The position numbers and the translations under genes are program-made. From assembly GCA_963790025.1 (NCBI GenBank), contig CAWBMP010000004.1, positions 224,001-288,000 on the forward strand: 64,000 nucleotides of DNA. Reading direction: 5' to 3'. Origin of the DNA: Nitrospirota bacterium. GTDB lineage: Bacteria; Nitrospirota; Thermodesulfovibrionia; Thermodesulfovibrionales; Dissulfurispiraceae. This document shows positions 49,018-58,818 of this stretch, piece after piece (the stretch's first letter is position 1; each line of letters opens with the position of its first letter). The notes beneath the pieces were generated by a model. It did no database searches. It worked only from the letters and a program-made list of their open reading frames with translations, and had not been told where the DNA came from.

Positions 49018-51939
49018 ATGTCAGGACCGCGTCTAAGATATGCGATAATTTTTGTCCTTCTCGTATTCAGTACAAACGTCGCCTTTGCCCTTCCCTCCGG
49101 GCCGCAGGTTGCAAACGGGCAGGTCAGCTTCAAAACTCTGGGCAATAATCTTACTGTCACCAACAGCCCCAATTCGATAATCAACTGGCTGAGCTTTTCG
49201 ATTGGCGGCAATGAGGCGGTGCGCTTTATACAGCAAAACAGCGCAAGCGCTGTCCTGAACCGCATCACCGGGCAGTCTCCTTCGCAGATATTCGGTCTTC
49301 TGCAGTCAAATGGCAGGGTCTTTCTCATCAACCCAAACGGCATACTGTTTGGTAAGGGTTCACAGGTCAACGTAGCCGGACTGGTGGCATCCACACTGAA
49401 CATCAACGATCAGGATTTCCTGGCAGGGAAGTATAACTTTACTGCCGGCGCTGTTGCTGGGAGCATCCAGCACCAGGGGACGATAACGACGCCTTCCGGC
49501 GGCTCGGTATACCTGATAGCGCCAAATATAGAAAACAGCGGAATCATCACATCTCCGCAGGGCACAGTGCTGCTGGCGGCGGGACACAGCGTGCAACTGG
49601 TGGATTCATCCAATCCTGACATAGCAGTTGTAGTGAGTTCTCCAACCGATCAGGCTGTGAACCTTGGACAGATAATAGCGCAGAGCGGGACAGTGGGTAT
49701 ATACGGGGCTCTCATATCGCAGAAAGGGCTGGTGAGCGCAGACAGCGCAACAGTGGGGGCCAACGGCAAGATAATATTCAAGGCAACGGAAAGTGTAACG
49801 CTCGATGAAGGCAGTGTGACCAGCGCACAAGGCGGCGGGACCATCAGTGTTCTGGCAGATATGCAGAATGGGACAGTGAATGTAGCGGGCACGCTTGATG
49901 CTTCAGCGCCGAATGGCGGCAATGGGGGTTTCATAGAGACCTCGGCGGCAAATGTGAAGATAGCGGATACAGCCTATGTTACCACACTTGCGCCATACGG
50001 GAAGGCGGGAACGTGGCTGATCGATCCGACTGATTTTACCATCTCTTCGGGTAACGCATCGCAAACAACCAGTGGTATCGGTGCGAACACGTTGATGAAG
50101 GATCTCTCACTCGGCAATATGGCCATCCAAACCGATAATTCGACCGGCAGCAACCCCGGCGATATTTATGTTAATGGCCCTGTGAATTGGAGCAGCGCTT
50201 ACAGCCTGACTTTAACCGCCTATCATGATATATACATCAACTCTCACATTAATGCGGTTGGCGGTGCAGGACTTATACTCTCTTCGGGCACGAGCGGCAA
50301 CGGTGCCATAAGCGGCACGGGTAATATAACTGCCGGCACGCTTACAGCGACCGCAGCTACCGGCATCAGCCTTACAGGCAGTAACGTAGTTCCGATTGTA
50401 AGTCTCACAAACAATACCAGCGGCGATATCATTTACAATAGCGCCGTAGGCAGCGGGCAGACTCTTTACATATCAGGCAGGAACTCTGCGTCAAACGGGG
50501 CGTTCACCGTTACCGAGAACAGCGGCAATCTCAATGTATACAACAATGGTACCATTAATGGCATCACCAGTAATGGCGGTCTGGTGACCCTCACTGCCAA
50601 TACGGGCTCCATAAACGGCACAGGTGTTATAACTGCAAACAGCCTTACAGCGACTGCGGCTACCGGCATTAACCTGACCGGCAATAACATAGTGCCTGCT
50701 GTTAGCCTCACAAACAATACCAGCGGCGATATCAACTACGACAGCAGCGTAGGCAGCGGGCAGACTCTTAACGTTAGCGGCACTAACTATGCTTCCGGCG
50801 GTCTCTTCAATGTCACTGAGAAATCCGGCACTCTCAATGTGATCGACTCCTGTATCATTACTAATTCCGGAGCGGTAACCCTCACTACTTCTCCCGGGGC
50901 GGGCAACATCACCCTTACAAGCTATATAGACACGACAAACGGAAATACGGCCAGCGGGGCTGCCGTTTATCTTAATTCAGCAGGCAGCATAACAGGCGGC
51001 GTCTCCGGTACCCCCGGGATAATAACTGCAAACAGTCTCACAGCTACCGCGGCAAACGGCATTACCCTCGGCTCAGCAAACTACTATAATGACGTGCAGA
51101 ACGTAAGCCTCACAAACAATACCAGCGGCGATATCATTTACAATAGCGCCGTAGGCAGCGGGCAGACTCTTAACGTTAGCGGCACTAACTATGCTTCCGG
51201 CGGTCTCTTCAATGCCACAGAAAAATCCGGCACTCTCAATGTGGCAAACGCCGGTATTAAGACCACGGGCGGGCCGGTAACTCTCACCACAAATGCCGGT
51301 CCAATTACCGTTACAGGCCCTATAGATACGACCAATAGTAATACTGCTCCCCCTAACATCGTCACTCTTAATTCAGCGGGCGGCACAAGCGGCTCCGGGA
51401 AAATAACGGCCAAACAAAACACAACTACTGCGACCGATACAACGACGACTGATACCGCAACAACTACACCTGCTACTCAAACTGCTGCAACAGCGGCGAC
51501 TGATACAACGACGACTGATACCGCGACCACCGACCCATCAACCACTGCTGCACTTAATGCGTCGACAGAAGCCACTGCAACTGTTGTCAGCACGACCCAA
51601 TCAGTCACCACAACAATAGCCGTTACGCCTGCATTGCCTACAACCAGCAATCAAAGCGTTACGGCATCATTGGTGGATTCATCGCCGGCGACATCTCCTG
51701 AAACTGCAGGGCAGGATCCCCTGTCATTTGCTTTCGCAACAACAGTTAGTCCGGACTTGGGCACGGGCGCCTTACCCATCGGCACAGGCTCTCAAAGCCT
51801 CGCCCAGGGTCCGTCCTCCTCAGGCAATGGAGGTTCAGGGAGTTCAAAGGATTTTGACAGCGGTAAAGGAAAACATGATACAGGAGGCACAACAAGTGAC
51901 AAAGGCAATCATAAATCCAACAAAACTTTTTGTAATTAG
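49018..51939 (+). CDS. Second TpsA exoprotein (973 aa), beta-helical repeats and Thr-rich tail
   Basis: TPS domain nearly identical to tpsA1, three LTATAA.GI.L..N...VSLTNNTSGDI repeats; ends KTFCN. Confidence 0.92.
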   Translation: MSGPRLRYAIIFVLLVFSTNVAFALPSGPQVANGQVSFKTLGNNLTVTNSPNSIINWLSFSIGGNEAVRFIQQNSASAVLNRITGQSPSQIFGLLQSNGRVFLINPNGILFGKGSQVNVAGLVASTLNINDQDFLAGKYNFTAGAVAGSIQHQGTITTPSGGSVYLIAPNIENSGIITSPQGTVLLAAGHSVQLVDSSNPDIAVVVSSPTDQAVNLGQIIAQSGTVGIYGALISQKGLVSADSATVGANGKIIFKATESVTLDEGSVTSAQGGGTISVLADMQNGTVNVAGTLDASAPNGGNGGFIETSAANVKIADTAYVTTLAPYGKAGTWLIDPTDFTISSGNASQTTSGIGANTLMKDLSLGNMAIQTDNSTGSNPGDIYVNGPVNWSSAYSLTLTAYHDIYINSHINAVGGAGLILSSGTSGNGAISGTGNITAGTLTATAATGISLTGSNVVPIVSLTNNTSGDIIYNSAVGSGQTLYISGRNSASNGAFTVTENSGNLNVYNNGTINGITSNGGLVTLTANTGSINGTGVITANSLTATAATGINLTGNNIVPAVSLTNNTSGDINYDSSVGSGQTLNVSGTNYASGGLFNVTEKSGTLNVIDSCIITNSGAVTLTTSPGAGNITLTSYIDTTNGNTASGAAVYLNSAGSITGGVSGTPGIITANSLTATAANGITLGSANYYNDVQNVSLTNNTSGDIIYNSAVGSGQTLNVSGTNYASGGLFNATEKSGTLNVANAGIKTTGGPVTLTTNAGPITVTGPIDTTNSNTAPPNIVTLNSAGGTSGSGKITAKQNTTTATDTTTTDTATTTPATQTAATAATDTTTTDTATTDPSTTAALNASTEATATVVSTTQSVTTTIAVTPALPTTSNQSVTASLVDSSPATSPETAGQDPLSFAFATTVSPDLGTGALPIGTGSQSLAQGPSSSGNGGSGSSKDFDSGKGKHDTGGTTSDKGNHKSNKTFCN

Positions 51940-52618
51940 CCTCCTGGCCCTGTTGTTTATACTGGTTGCGTATGCAGCGTCATTTGCCGGAGAAGCTGCA
52001 GGGACGGTCACGCACATTAGCGGTCCCCTGTTTGCAAAGAAGGCCGATGGTACGACCAGGGTCCTGTCCAAAGACTCTACAGTGGAATCAGGGGACGTTA
52101 TTGTGTCGGAGAAAAGCACGTATGCCCGTATAAAGTTCACTGACGGCAGCGAGATGACTCTGCGTCCGGACACCCAGATCAAAATAACAAACTACAGCTA
52201 TGATCAGGCCAAGCCCCAGGAAGATGCTGCTGTTTACGATTTGGCGAAAGGAGGACTTCGAGCTATTACAGGGGCCGTAGGGAAACGCGGCAATAAGGAC
52301 AGCTATAAAATGAATACGCCCACGGCAACAGTTGGGATCAGAGGGACAGTTTATGAGTGCCGGCTGTGCGAAGGCAACTGCGGGCAGGTCCCCAACGGTT
52401 TATATCTGTTTGTCGCAACAGGAGCAATCGCAGCTACGAACAGCGGCGGCTCGCAGCATATCAATGCAGGCCAGTATGCGTATGTTGCATCCCCGAGCGC
52501 CAAGCCTGTAATCCTGCCGGGGAATCCCGGTATAAATTTCACCTTGCCCCCGTCCATGACGTCAGCCTCCGGCCAATCCAAGGGCGGAAACAAGTCAGGC
52601 GACTGTACGGTTCGTTGA
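51896..52618 (+). CDS. Periplasmic FecR-domain protein
   Basis: Signal peptide (..AASFA), GDVI, ARIKFTDGSEMTLRPDT, KGGLRAITG and TPTATVGIRGT. GTG start 8 nt after AGGAGG, inside tpsA2 (alternative ATG at 51875). Confidence 0.88.
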   Translation: MTKAIINPTKLFVISLLALLFILVAYAASFAGEAAGTVTHISGPLFAKKADGTTRVLSKDSTVESGDVIVSEKSTYARIKFTDGSEMTLRPDTQIKITNYSYDQAKPQEDAAVYDLAKGGLRAITGAVGKRGNKDSYKMNTPTATVGIRGTVYECRLCEGNCGQVPNGLYLFVATGAIAATNSGGSQHINAGQYAYVASPSAKPVILPGNPGINFTLPPSMTSASGQSKGGNKSGDCTVR

Positions 52619-52629
52619 GCATATCTCCC

Positions 52630-54099
52630 ATGACCATGGATGGAATTACTGTGCATATACTGGGTGACTCCAGTTCTTTCTCAAGAGTGGGAAAAAGTAT
52701 CGGCTATAAGGTAACCGTTGGCGGGCAAGTCTACCTGATTGACTGCGGCACGCCTCTTTTTCAGCAGATAGGAGGGCATGGACTGAAAGAGCTAAAGGGG
52801 CTTATAATCACGCACTGTCATGACGACCATAAAAGGTGGTTCAGCGACCTTGCGTTATTCCATATGTATGCCCCGGACTTCCATAATAAGGTTTCCCTGA
52901 TAACTTCCGAATCGGTCCACGAGGATTTAATTGAATCGTCAATGCCGGTGATTGGAAAGAGCCTGTCCAAAGATTCAAAGAATATTGTAGACATGGCATT
53001 CCAGGATTACATAGATTACAGGATGATAGGACCGGAAGCCGGATATAAGATTACTGCAACTCATAGGAGAGGGAAAACCCTTCTCTGCGTAACAGACAGG
53101 CAGGACAGTGTTCTTCCGCCGGATATGGCAAAAATCGTAGTCAGCAATAAGACGGGAAAGCCCCGCATGCTTTTTAAAGACCCGGATTACGGGGAGTGGA
53201 TAGAACCGGAAAGTTTTTATTCATTCTCGTCATCGGTATTCTACGGGAAAGACAGGAACGTTCTTCTGGAAAGGGACGGCTGTACTATTGAAGCGATAAA
53301 ATCCCCGGTATGGCATGGAGTTCCCGCCATAGGAATCAAGATCAAATATGGCGCTGATACATTGATATTCAGCTCCGACACTGTGCATGACAGGAAGCTC
53401 TGGAAGCAGTTATGCTCTGAAAAAAGACCGCAGATGCTTCGCATGTCGAAGAAAGAATTCGAATCCGCATCGGTGATTTACGGCGACATAAACGATTACA
53501 TTGAACGGACCTGGAGCGAAGAACGTTACAGGGACGCTATTAATGCTTTTAGCGGTGCGGCGGTGATACACGATATATCGGTCAGGAACAGTGTAGTCCA
53601 TACAGACTATGAAAAACTCGATAATACGACTTTGAGGAAAGATCGGGTGCTCCTGACACACGGCCCCGACAGGTTTACTTCCGAATGGGCCCTGAGCAAC
53701 GCAGGCAAGACATTCGTGGTCAGGGGATGCAGATTTCTTGAAATGGTCGACGGCGAACTTTTTCCTCTTGATGCGGACATTTATCACAAGGAGGAGGGCA
53801 AGTTCTATGTAGGGTACAGGAATAAGCATGGCAAATACCCCGTATATGAAAAAAAGGGGCTTTTGCAGTTTGCTTCTTACGACGGGTCCGAAGTCGGACG
53901 CCACTTGTTCAACGTCGATTTATATGAGGACATCGGCGGGAAATACTTTCCGAAACTCGAAAACGGGAAATGTATCTATCTTGAACGCAGCGATGGCCGG
54001 GTCGAGCTGTTGAAATTCACTGAAGAAGGCAGCAGAGGGAAGATAGCAGAAGACCAGAGAGTTGTTTTCGCAAAGAAAAGAAACAAACAAAAAAGCTGA
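52630..54099 (+). CDS. MBL-fold metallohydrolase (RNase Z/cyclic nucleotide phosphodiesterase-like)
   Basis: LIDCG, THCHDDH (HxHxDH), WHG, FSSDT, IHD and THG motifs; 11 nt after the fecR stop. Confidence 0.85.
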   Translation: MTMDGITVHILGDSSSFSRVGKSIGYKVTVGGQVYLIDCGTPLFQQIGGHGLKELKGLIITHCHDDHKRWFSDLALFHMYAPDFHNKVSLITSESVHEDLIESSMPVIGKSLSKDSKNIVDMAFQDYIDYRMIGPEAGYKITATHRRGKTLLCVTDRQDSVLPPDMAKIVVSNKTGKPRMLFKDPDYGEWIEPESFYSFSSSVFYGKDRNVLLERDGCTIEAIKSPVWHGVPAIGIKIKYGADTLIFSSDTVHDRKLWKQLCSEKRPQMLRMSKKEFESASVIYGDINDYIERTWSEERYRDAINAFSGAAVIHDISVRNSVVHTDYEKLDNTTLRKDRVLLTHGPDRFTSEWALSNAGKTFVVRGCRFLEMVDGELFPLDADIYHKEEGKFYVGYRNKHGKYPVYEKKGLLQFASYDGSEVGRHLFNVDLYEDIGGKYFPKLENGKCIYLERSDGRVELLKFTEEGSRGKIAEDQRVVFAKKRNKQKS

Positions 54100-54155
54100 C
54101 TAAGTTGCAGGTTCTCCCCACAGTTATAGCTTAAACATGGTAAAATGACTATAAC

Positions 54156-54659
54156 ATGATCGCAAAGATTTCCATGACTGTGCTTTTTTTTCTTGCGGCT
54201 TTGTTGCCCGCACTGATCACGGTTGAAAACGTTTCGGCTGATGAGACGATTCCGTTTACTGCGCGGGCCGGTATCAAATTTGTCACCGTGCTGATAAATG
54301 GTGTGCCTATTGAACTCATCTTTGATACCGGGGCTGATAACATTGTTCTCAATAAGGACACATTACAGCGCCTCGGGATCACAACTTATAGCACTACACG
54401 GAAGCTCCAGGTGCAAACTGCCGGATGTGTCATAGACGGCTATGTGCTCACACTTGGTTCCATCAAGGTTGGAAATATCGAAAGATACAATTATGATATT
54501 GCCTACATCCCCTCATCCACTAAAAACCTTCTGGGGTCATCTTTCTTCACCAACTACAATTATTACATCGACGAGGATTACAAAGTGATAAGGCTGATTC
54601 CAAAGGGCAGGTTTCTTTTCGAAAACCCGGCAGGAAGTCTGGGACTAGCTCCTAACTAG
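54156..54659 (+). CDS. Exported retropepsin-like (clan AA) aspartic protease
   Basis: Signal peptide, LIFDTGAD catalytic motif, TAG flap and NLLGSSFF. Confidence 0.85.
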   Translation: MIAKISMTVLFFLAALLPALITVENVSADETIPFTARAGIKFVTVLINGVPIELIFDTGADNIVLNKDTLQRLGITTYSTTRKLQVQTAGCVIDGYVLTLGSIKVGNIERYNYDIAYIPSSTKNLLGSSFFTNYNYYIDEDYKVIRLIPKGRFLFENPAGSLGLAPN

Positions 54660-55672
54660 CTTTCCGGATTGCTCATGACAACAACCCTGTTCCTTCCCGC
54701 CCCCTTGGCCTGGTATAAGGCTTCATCCGCCTTGCTTATAAGTACCCCCCTATTCTGCATTTCCTTATCGTAGTTAGAAACCCCGAGACTCACGGTAATC
54801 TCCCCTTTTGCCTCAACATCTTTTCGTATCCTCTCGGCCACCTCCAGGGCACTTTGCAGTTCTGTCTGAGGAAGCAATATAAGGAATTCCTCACCCCCGT
54901 ATCTTATCAAAAGGTCTGTCTCCCTTATGTCCTGGGAGATTATTGCTGCGAGGCTGACAAGTAAATTGTCCCCTGCAATGTGGCCGTACGTGTCATTATA
55001 TTTTTTGAAATAATCTATATCGAGCATGATGGCGGACAGATGCCTGTGATATCTCCTTGCCTCGGCGAATATCTTTTTAAACATGATTTCCATATAGCGC
55101 CTGTTGCCGCAGCCTGTAAGAGAGTCATGAAGTGAAAGCGCCTTTGCCTCTTCATAGAGTCTTGCATTTTCCATGCTTATTGTTTCAAGCTCACTCTTTT
55201 GCTTTATAATCTGCTCTTCAGCCTTCTTGCGCTCCGTGATGTCTGCTATGAGGCCGTCATAAGCGACAAGCTGCTTATTTTCATACCGCGGCACCGTTGT
55301 ATTTCTTACCCATCGAACTGAACCGTCTTTATGAGTGATTCGGTGTTCGAGAGGCTGAACAGTTTTCCCTGAAAGCACCATGTTCGCCTGAGAGATTACT
55401 GCATCCCTGTCTTTTTCATAAACCATGTCTATCCATAGGATAGGGTCAGCCTCGTATTCCTCTGAAGTATAACCTGTAACTGAAAAACAACCAGGACCAT
55501 GTATTGTTTTAACCGGGCGGCCATTCTCCACTTGAACTATATAAATATAGTCCGTAACTGCACCAACAAGCTTTCTGTAACGTTCCTCCTGAGTTTCAAG
55601 TTCGGCGATTTGTTTCCGCAACTCGATTAATTCACTCAAGAGTTGCTCTTTGGATTTTTCTTCATCTTTCAT
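54656..55672 (-). CDS. PAS-GGDEF diguanylate cyclase
   Basis: PAS/PAC, HDSLTG, DIDYFKKYND.YGH, RETD I-site and RYGGEEF. Confidence 0.94.
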   Translation of the reverse strand: MKDEEKSKEQLLSELIELRKQIAELETQEERYRKLVGAVTDYIYIVQVENGRPVKTIHGPGCFSVTGYTSEEYEADPILWIDMVYEKDRDAVISQANMVLSGKTVQPLEHRITHKDGSVRWVRNTTVPRYENKQLVAYDGLIADITERKKAEEQIIKQKSELETISMENARLYEEAKALSLHDSLTGCGNRRYMEIMFKKIFAEARRYHRHLSAIMLDIDYFKKYNDTYGHIAGDNLLVSLAAIISQDIRETDLLIRYGGEEFLILLPQTELQSALEVAERIRKDVEAKGEITVSLGVSNYDKEMQNRGVLISKADEALYQAKGAGRNRVVVMSNPES

Positions 55673-55878
55673 AGTTCATACCTAACAAAAAATCCCTGTT
55701 GAATATGGCGCCATTTTTATGGGACCGGTTGAAGTCCATGCTTTTTATAACAATTTTCTTGCAATTTATCAAGAAAATAATGATTTTCTTTCATTATCGA
55801 CAAAAACAGCGAATGCTGTAGCGGGGAGTTTCCTTAAGACAGATCAATGAAACTATAAACGGCGGCTGGAATGAAACC

Positions 55879-56718
55879 TCATGGTTTTTTATCAAGGAGC
55901 CGCATGAGTCCGATGAAGTCATCATCCGCCCAACCGGCGGACATTCCCTGATCGTAGATTTTTTTAAGATGTTCTGTCTGTTCGAGTGACAGTGAGAAAT
56001 CGGCAGCGGTCTCCAATGCCAGGCGTAGATCTTTCTCCATATTCTTGAGTGAAAACTGGGGGGAGTAATCGCGCTGACGCAGCTTGGGTTCTTTAAGGTC
56101 CGAAACTCCCGAACGGGAAGCATTTCGAGCGAGCGCATTGAAATAGACTTCATCCGGGATTCCCGCCGCACGGCACAAAGTCAGGCTCTCGCATAATATT
56201 TGGGCGACGCCGGCAATGTTCAAATTCATCGCGAGTTTCAACGAAGAGGCTGAACCCAGCGGCCCGATATGGATGACAGCACTGGATATAGGTTCCAGGA
56301 TTGGGCGTGCCTTTTCGACCACTCCCGGTTCCCCACCCAGATAATAAACTGTTTGCCGCTGCTCCGCCGCAATTTTGCTTCCTGTAAAGGGCGCTTCCAA
56401 AAACAATGCACCGGTCCGCTGCACCTGTTCAGCAAAGAGTCGCGTCCATTTGGCTGAAATTGTGCTCGATTGGATCACCAATACTCCCGCGCTAAGCCTG
56501 GGGTTAATCTTGTCCAGAACAGACTGCACCGCAGAAGGGTCGGCCACGATGATGAAGATAACCTCGGCTCCTTCTACCGCCTCCTGAATGGATGCGTGAA
56601 AGTTGGGAAAATCTTTGGGCGTCCGGTTCCAGCATCGCACGGCATGTCCATCAGAGATCAGATTTTTCGCCCAGGCGCTCCCGATAATGCCTAACCCTAA
56701 CACTGAAATTTTCATCAT
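55879..56718 (-). CDS. NAD(P)-dependent beta-hydroxyacid dehydrogenase (3-hydroxyisobutyrate/tartronate semialdehyde reductase family)
   Basis: GLGIIG, WNRT, EAPFTGS, catalytic KLAMN and FSLKNMEKDL. Confidence 0.9.
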   Translation of the reverse strand: MMKISVLGLGIIGSAWAKNLISDGHAVRCWNRTPKDFPNFHASIQEAVEGAEVIFIIVADPSAVQSVLDKINPRLSAGVLVIQSSTISAKWTRLFAEQVQRTGALFLEAPFTGSKIAAEQRQTVYYLGGEPGVVEKARPILEPISSAVIHIGPLGSASSLKLAMNLNIAGVAQILCESLTLCRAAGIPDEVYFNALARNASRSGVSDLKEPKLRQRDYSPQFSLKNMEKDLRLALETAADFSLSLEQTEHLKKIYDQGMSAGWADDDFIGLMRLLDKKP

Positions 56719-56731
56719 TAGCTGTCCTTTC

Positions 56732-56745
56732 TTGATCGCGATCAA
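56732..56745. promoter_or_regulatory. Perfect FNR/DNR-type box
   Basis: TTGAT-CGCG-ATCAA between an extended -10 (TGGTATAAT, minus strand 56769-56777) and the RBS. Confidence 0.6.
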
Positions 56746-56851
56746 ATATTATGCACGGAGTGTGTTTCATTATACCAGTTTTCGCATACTCGTACCAGCA
56801 GAGAAAGCTTCTCCCATATAGTCGCCGTCTTCGGCAATTGCAGGACCAATT

Positions 56852-58753
56852 TCAGCTTGTTCCATCCAGAACTTCCCGCACCACTGTTGCCAGTCTTTTT
56901 GGCGTAACGGGTTTCTGCAGGAATACAATACGGTTCTCCCCCAGGCCTTCATGAAAAACAGGTTTGTCTCCATATCCGGACATGAGAATAACCTTTATCC
57001 CGGGCCATTTTTCAATAAATAATTTCCCAAGTTCGCTCCCCTTCATCCCGGGCATCACCAGGTCCGTCATTAAAAGGTCTATCTTTCCTTCAGCCTGGCT
57101 TCCTATCTTCAACGCTTCCTCTGCACTATCTGCTTCTGTTACCCGGTACCCCAACGGCTGAAACACATCGATGACAAACTGTCTGATGAGGGGTTCATCA
57201 TCAACCACCAGTATTCTTTCCGTTCCGTTAAATGTTGCAGGCGCCTCATCTTTTTTTATCTTTTTTGCCTCTTCCGTGATCGCCGGCAAATAGACCTTGA
57301 AAGTCGTTCCTTTACCCTGCTCGCTATATATCCATATATATCCGTTGTGCTGCCTGACGATGCCATGAGTGGTTGACAAGCCGAGCCCCGTGCCTTTTCC
57401 CGCTTCCTTGGTTGTAAAAAAAGGCTCGAAGATCCTATCCTGCACTTCACGGCTCATCCCGATGCCGTTGTCAGCTACCGAAAGCATCACATAAGGTCCC
57501 GGTTTTACCAACTGACTGTGCATAAGCGAGTACGTCTCATCAAGATATACATCATCAGTTTCGACAGTCAGCCGTCCTCCGTCAGGCATGGCATCGCGGG
57601 CGTTTATAACAAGATTCATTAATATCTGCTCTATCTGCCCGGCGTCAGCCAATATATTCCTGACAGGCCGTAAGGTATTCAGTTCCAGCTCTATGTCCTC
57701 TCCTATAGTCCTCGCAAATATCTTGCCCATGTTCCAAACAATTTCGTTTATATTGAGAGGTCTCATTTCCAGCATCTGCTTCCTGCTGAAAGCCAAAAGC
57801 TGCTTCACTAAATCTCCCGCCCTTTCTCCGGCATCCCTGATGACCTTGAGTTTCTCTTTCGCAAAGTGATCGTCGGGAAGTTGGGTCAGTATCAAATCGC
57901 TGTAGCCTATAATAGATGTCAGCAAATTATTAAAATCATGGGCCACTCCGCCGGCAAGCTGTCCTATGGCATCCATTCTAAGTGATTGCTGGAGCTGCGC
58001 CTCAAGATTTCTCTTTTCCTCGTCTATCCTCTTTCGTTCGGTGATGTCATACATAGTCGAGCGGCTCATCACAAAATTACCGTCAGCATCGTTTATTGCT
58101 GTTGCACTGAGAAGTACCTGCAAGGTCGTGCCGTCTTTACGCAGCATTTCGACTTCAATATCCTTCACCCATCCCCTTTCCTTGAAAACAGGGAAACTCT
58201 CATTAAAAGTCTTTATACTCCCGGGCGTGATGAGATCGGAAAACTTTTTCTTTCTTATGATTTCACTACGGCTGTATCCCAGCCATGAAAGTTCTGTATC
58301 ATTGATAAGAACATATAAGCCGTCTTTATCCAGCGAGTGATATCCACATGGGGCGTTGTTGTACAAATCCAGCATGTCCTCAAAGAGCTTCTGGCGCTCC
58401 TCTGCCGCTTTCCGGAATTTTGCCTCGGATTCGCGCCAACCATCCTCAGAGCGTTTTATCGACAGGAAAATGGGGGCAATCCATGCTATGCCGAGGACCA
58501 TGCATATCGAGGTCAGCAAGGAGAACAATTCATTTGTCATGTAGGGCCGGCCTGTATTCATATATCCGAATCTGAACAGCTCAGCCCCTCTCCTAAGGGC
58601 ACCGACAATAATTGCCAGAGAAATAAGTATCCAGGCACCCCTTTTACCTGTAATGCGAATCATTCTGACAGACAGGTATGCCGCCGAAAATTGAAGGAAT
58701 GTGGACAACGCCATAACTATGAGCAGGATCATATTTGTCCTCGTGAGTTCCAA
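56852..58753 (-). CDS. Hybrid sensor kinase (TM-PAS-HisKA-HATPase-REC, CckA-like)
   Basis: Three [31 protein letters not shown] and receiver VVDDE..TDLVMP..KP. Confidence 0.93.
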   Translation of the reverse strand: MELTRTNMILLIVMALSTFLQFSAAYLSVRMIRITGKRGAWILISLAIIVGALRRGAELFRFGYMNTGRPYMTNELFSLLTSICMVLGIAWIAPIFLSIKRSEDGWRESEAKFRKAAEERQKLFEDMLDLYNNAPCGYHSLDKDGLYVLINDTELSWLGYSRSEIIRKKKFSDLITPGSIKTFNESFPVFKERGWVKDIEVEMLRKDGTTLQVLLSATAINDADGNFVMSRSTMYDITERKRIDEEKRNLEAQLQQSLRMDAIGQLAGGVAHDFNNLLTSIIGYSDLILTQLPDDHFAKEKLKVIRDAGERAGDLVKQLLAFSRKQMLEMRPLNINEIVWNMGKIFARTIGEDIELELNTLRPVRNILADAGQIEQILMNLVINARDAMPDGGRLTVETDDVYLDETYSLMHSQLVKPGPYVMLSVADNGIGMSREVQDRIFEPFFTTKEAGKGTGLGLSTTHGIVRQHNGYIWIYSEQGKGTTFKVYLPAITEEAKKIKKDEAPATFNGTERILVVDDEPLIRQFVIDVFQPLGYRVTEADSAEEALKIGSQAEGKIDLLMTDLVMPGMKGSELGKLFIEKWPGIKVILMSGYGDKPVFHEGLGENRIVFLQKPVTPKRLATVVREVLDGTS

Positions 58754-58818
58754 AAAAATGCCGCTTAGTCTAAAATCTCTCTTGGTTTTACAAGAAGGTC
58801 ATAAGACGTAACGGTCTT

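Larger units (their letters stand above)
48815..51944 (+). repeat. Tandem duplication unit 2 (crp 3' remnant, promoter, tpsA2, start of intact fecR)
   Basis: Begins CAGGAAAACAAGC as at 42140 and ends TTTTTGTAATTAGCCTCC as at 48811. Confidence 0.85.

Noticed and set aside
42360..51939. tpsA pair as a contact-dependent inhibition system or a DGR target/template
   Set aside because: There is no VENN motif, toxin domain or immunity gene and no reverse transcriptase; differences in the shared part look mostly synonymous.
11181..58800. Prophage, ICE or IS annotation
   Set aside because: No integrase, transposase, relaxase or phage gene was recognised; the MobC-like segment is only a domain of the Crp protein.
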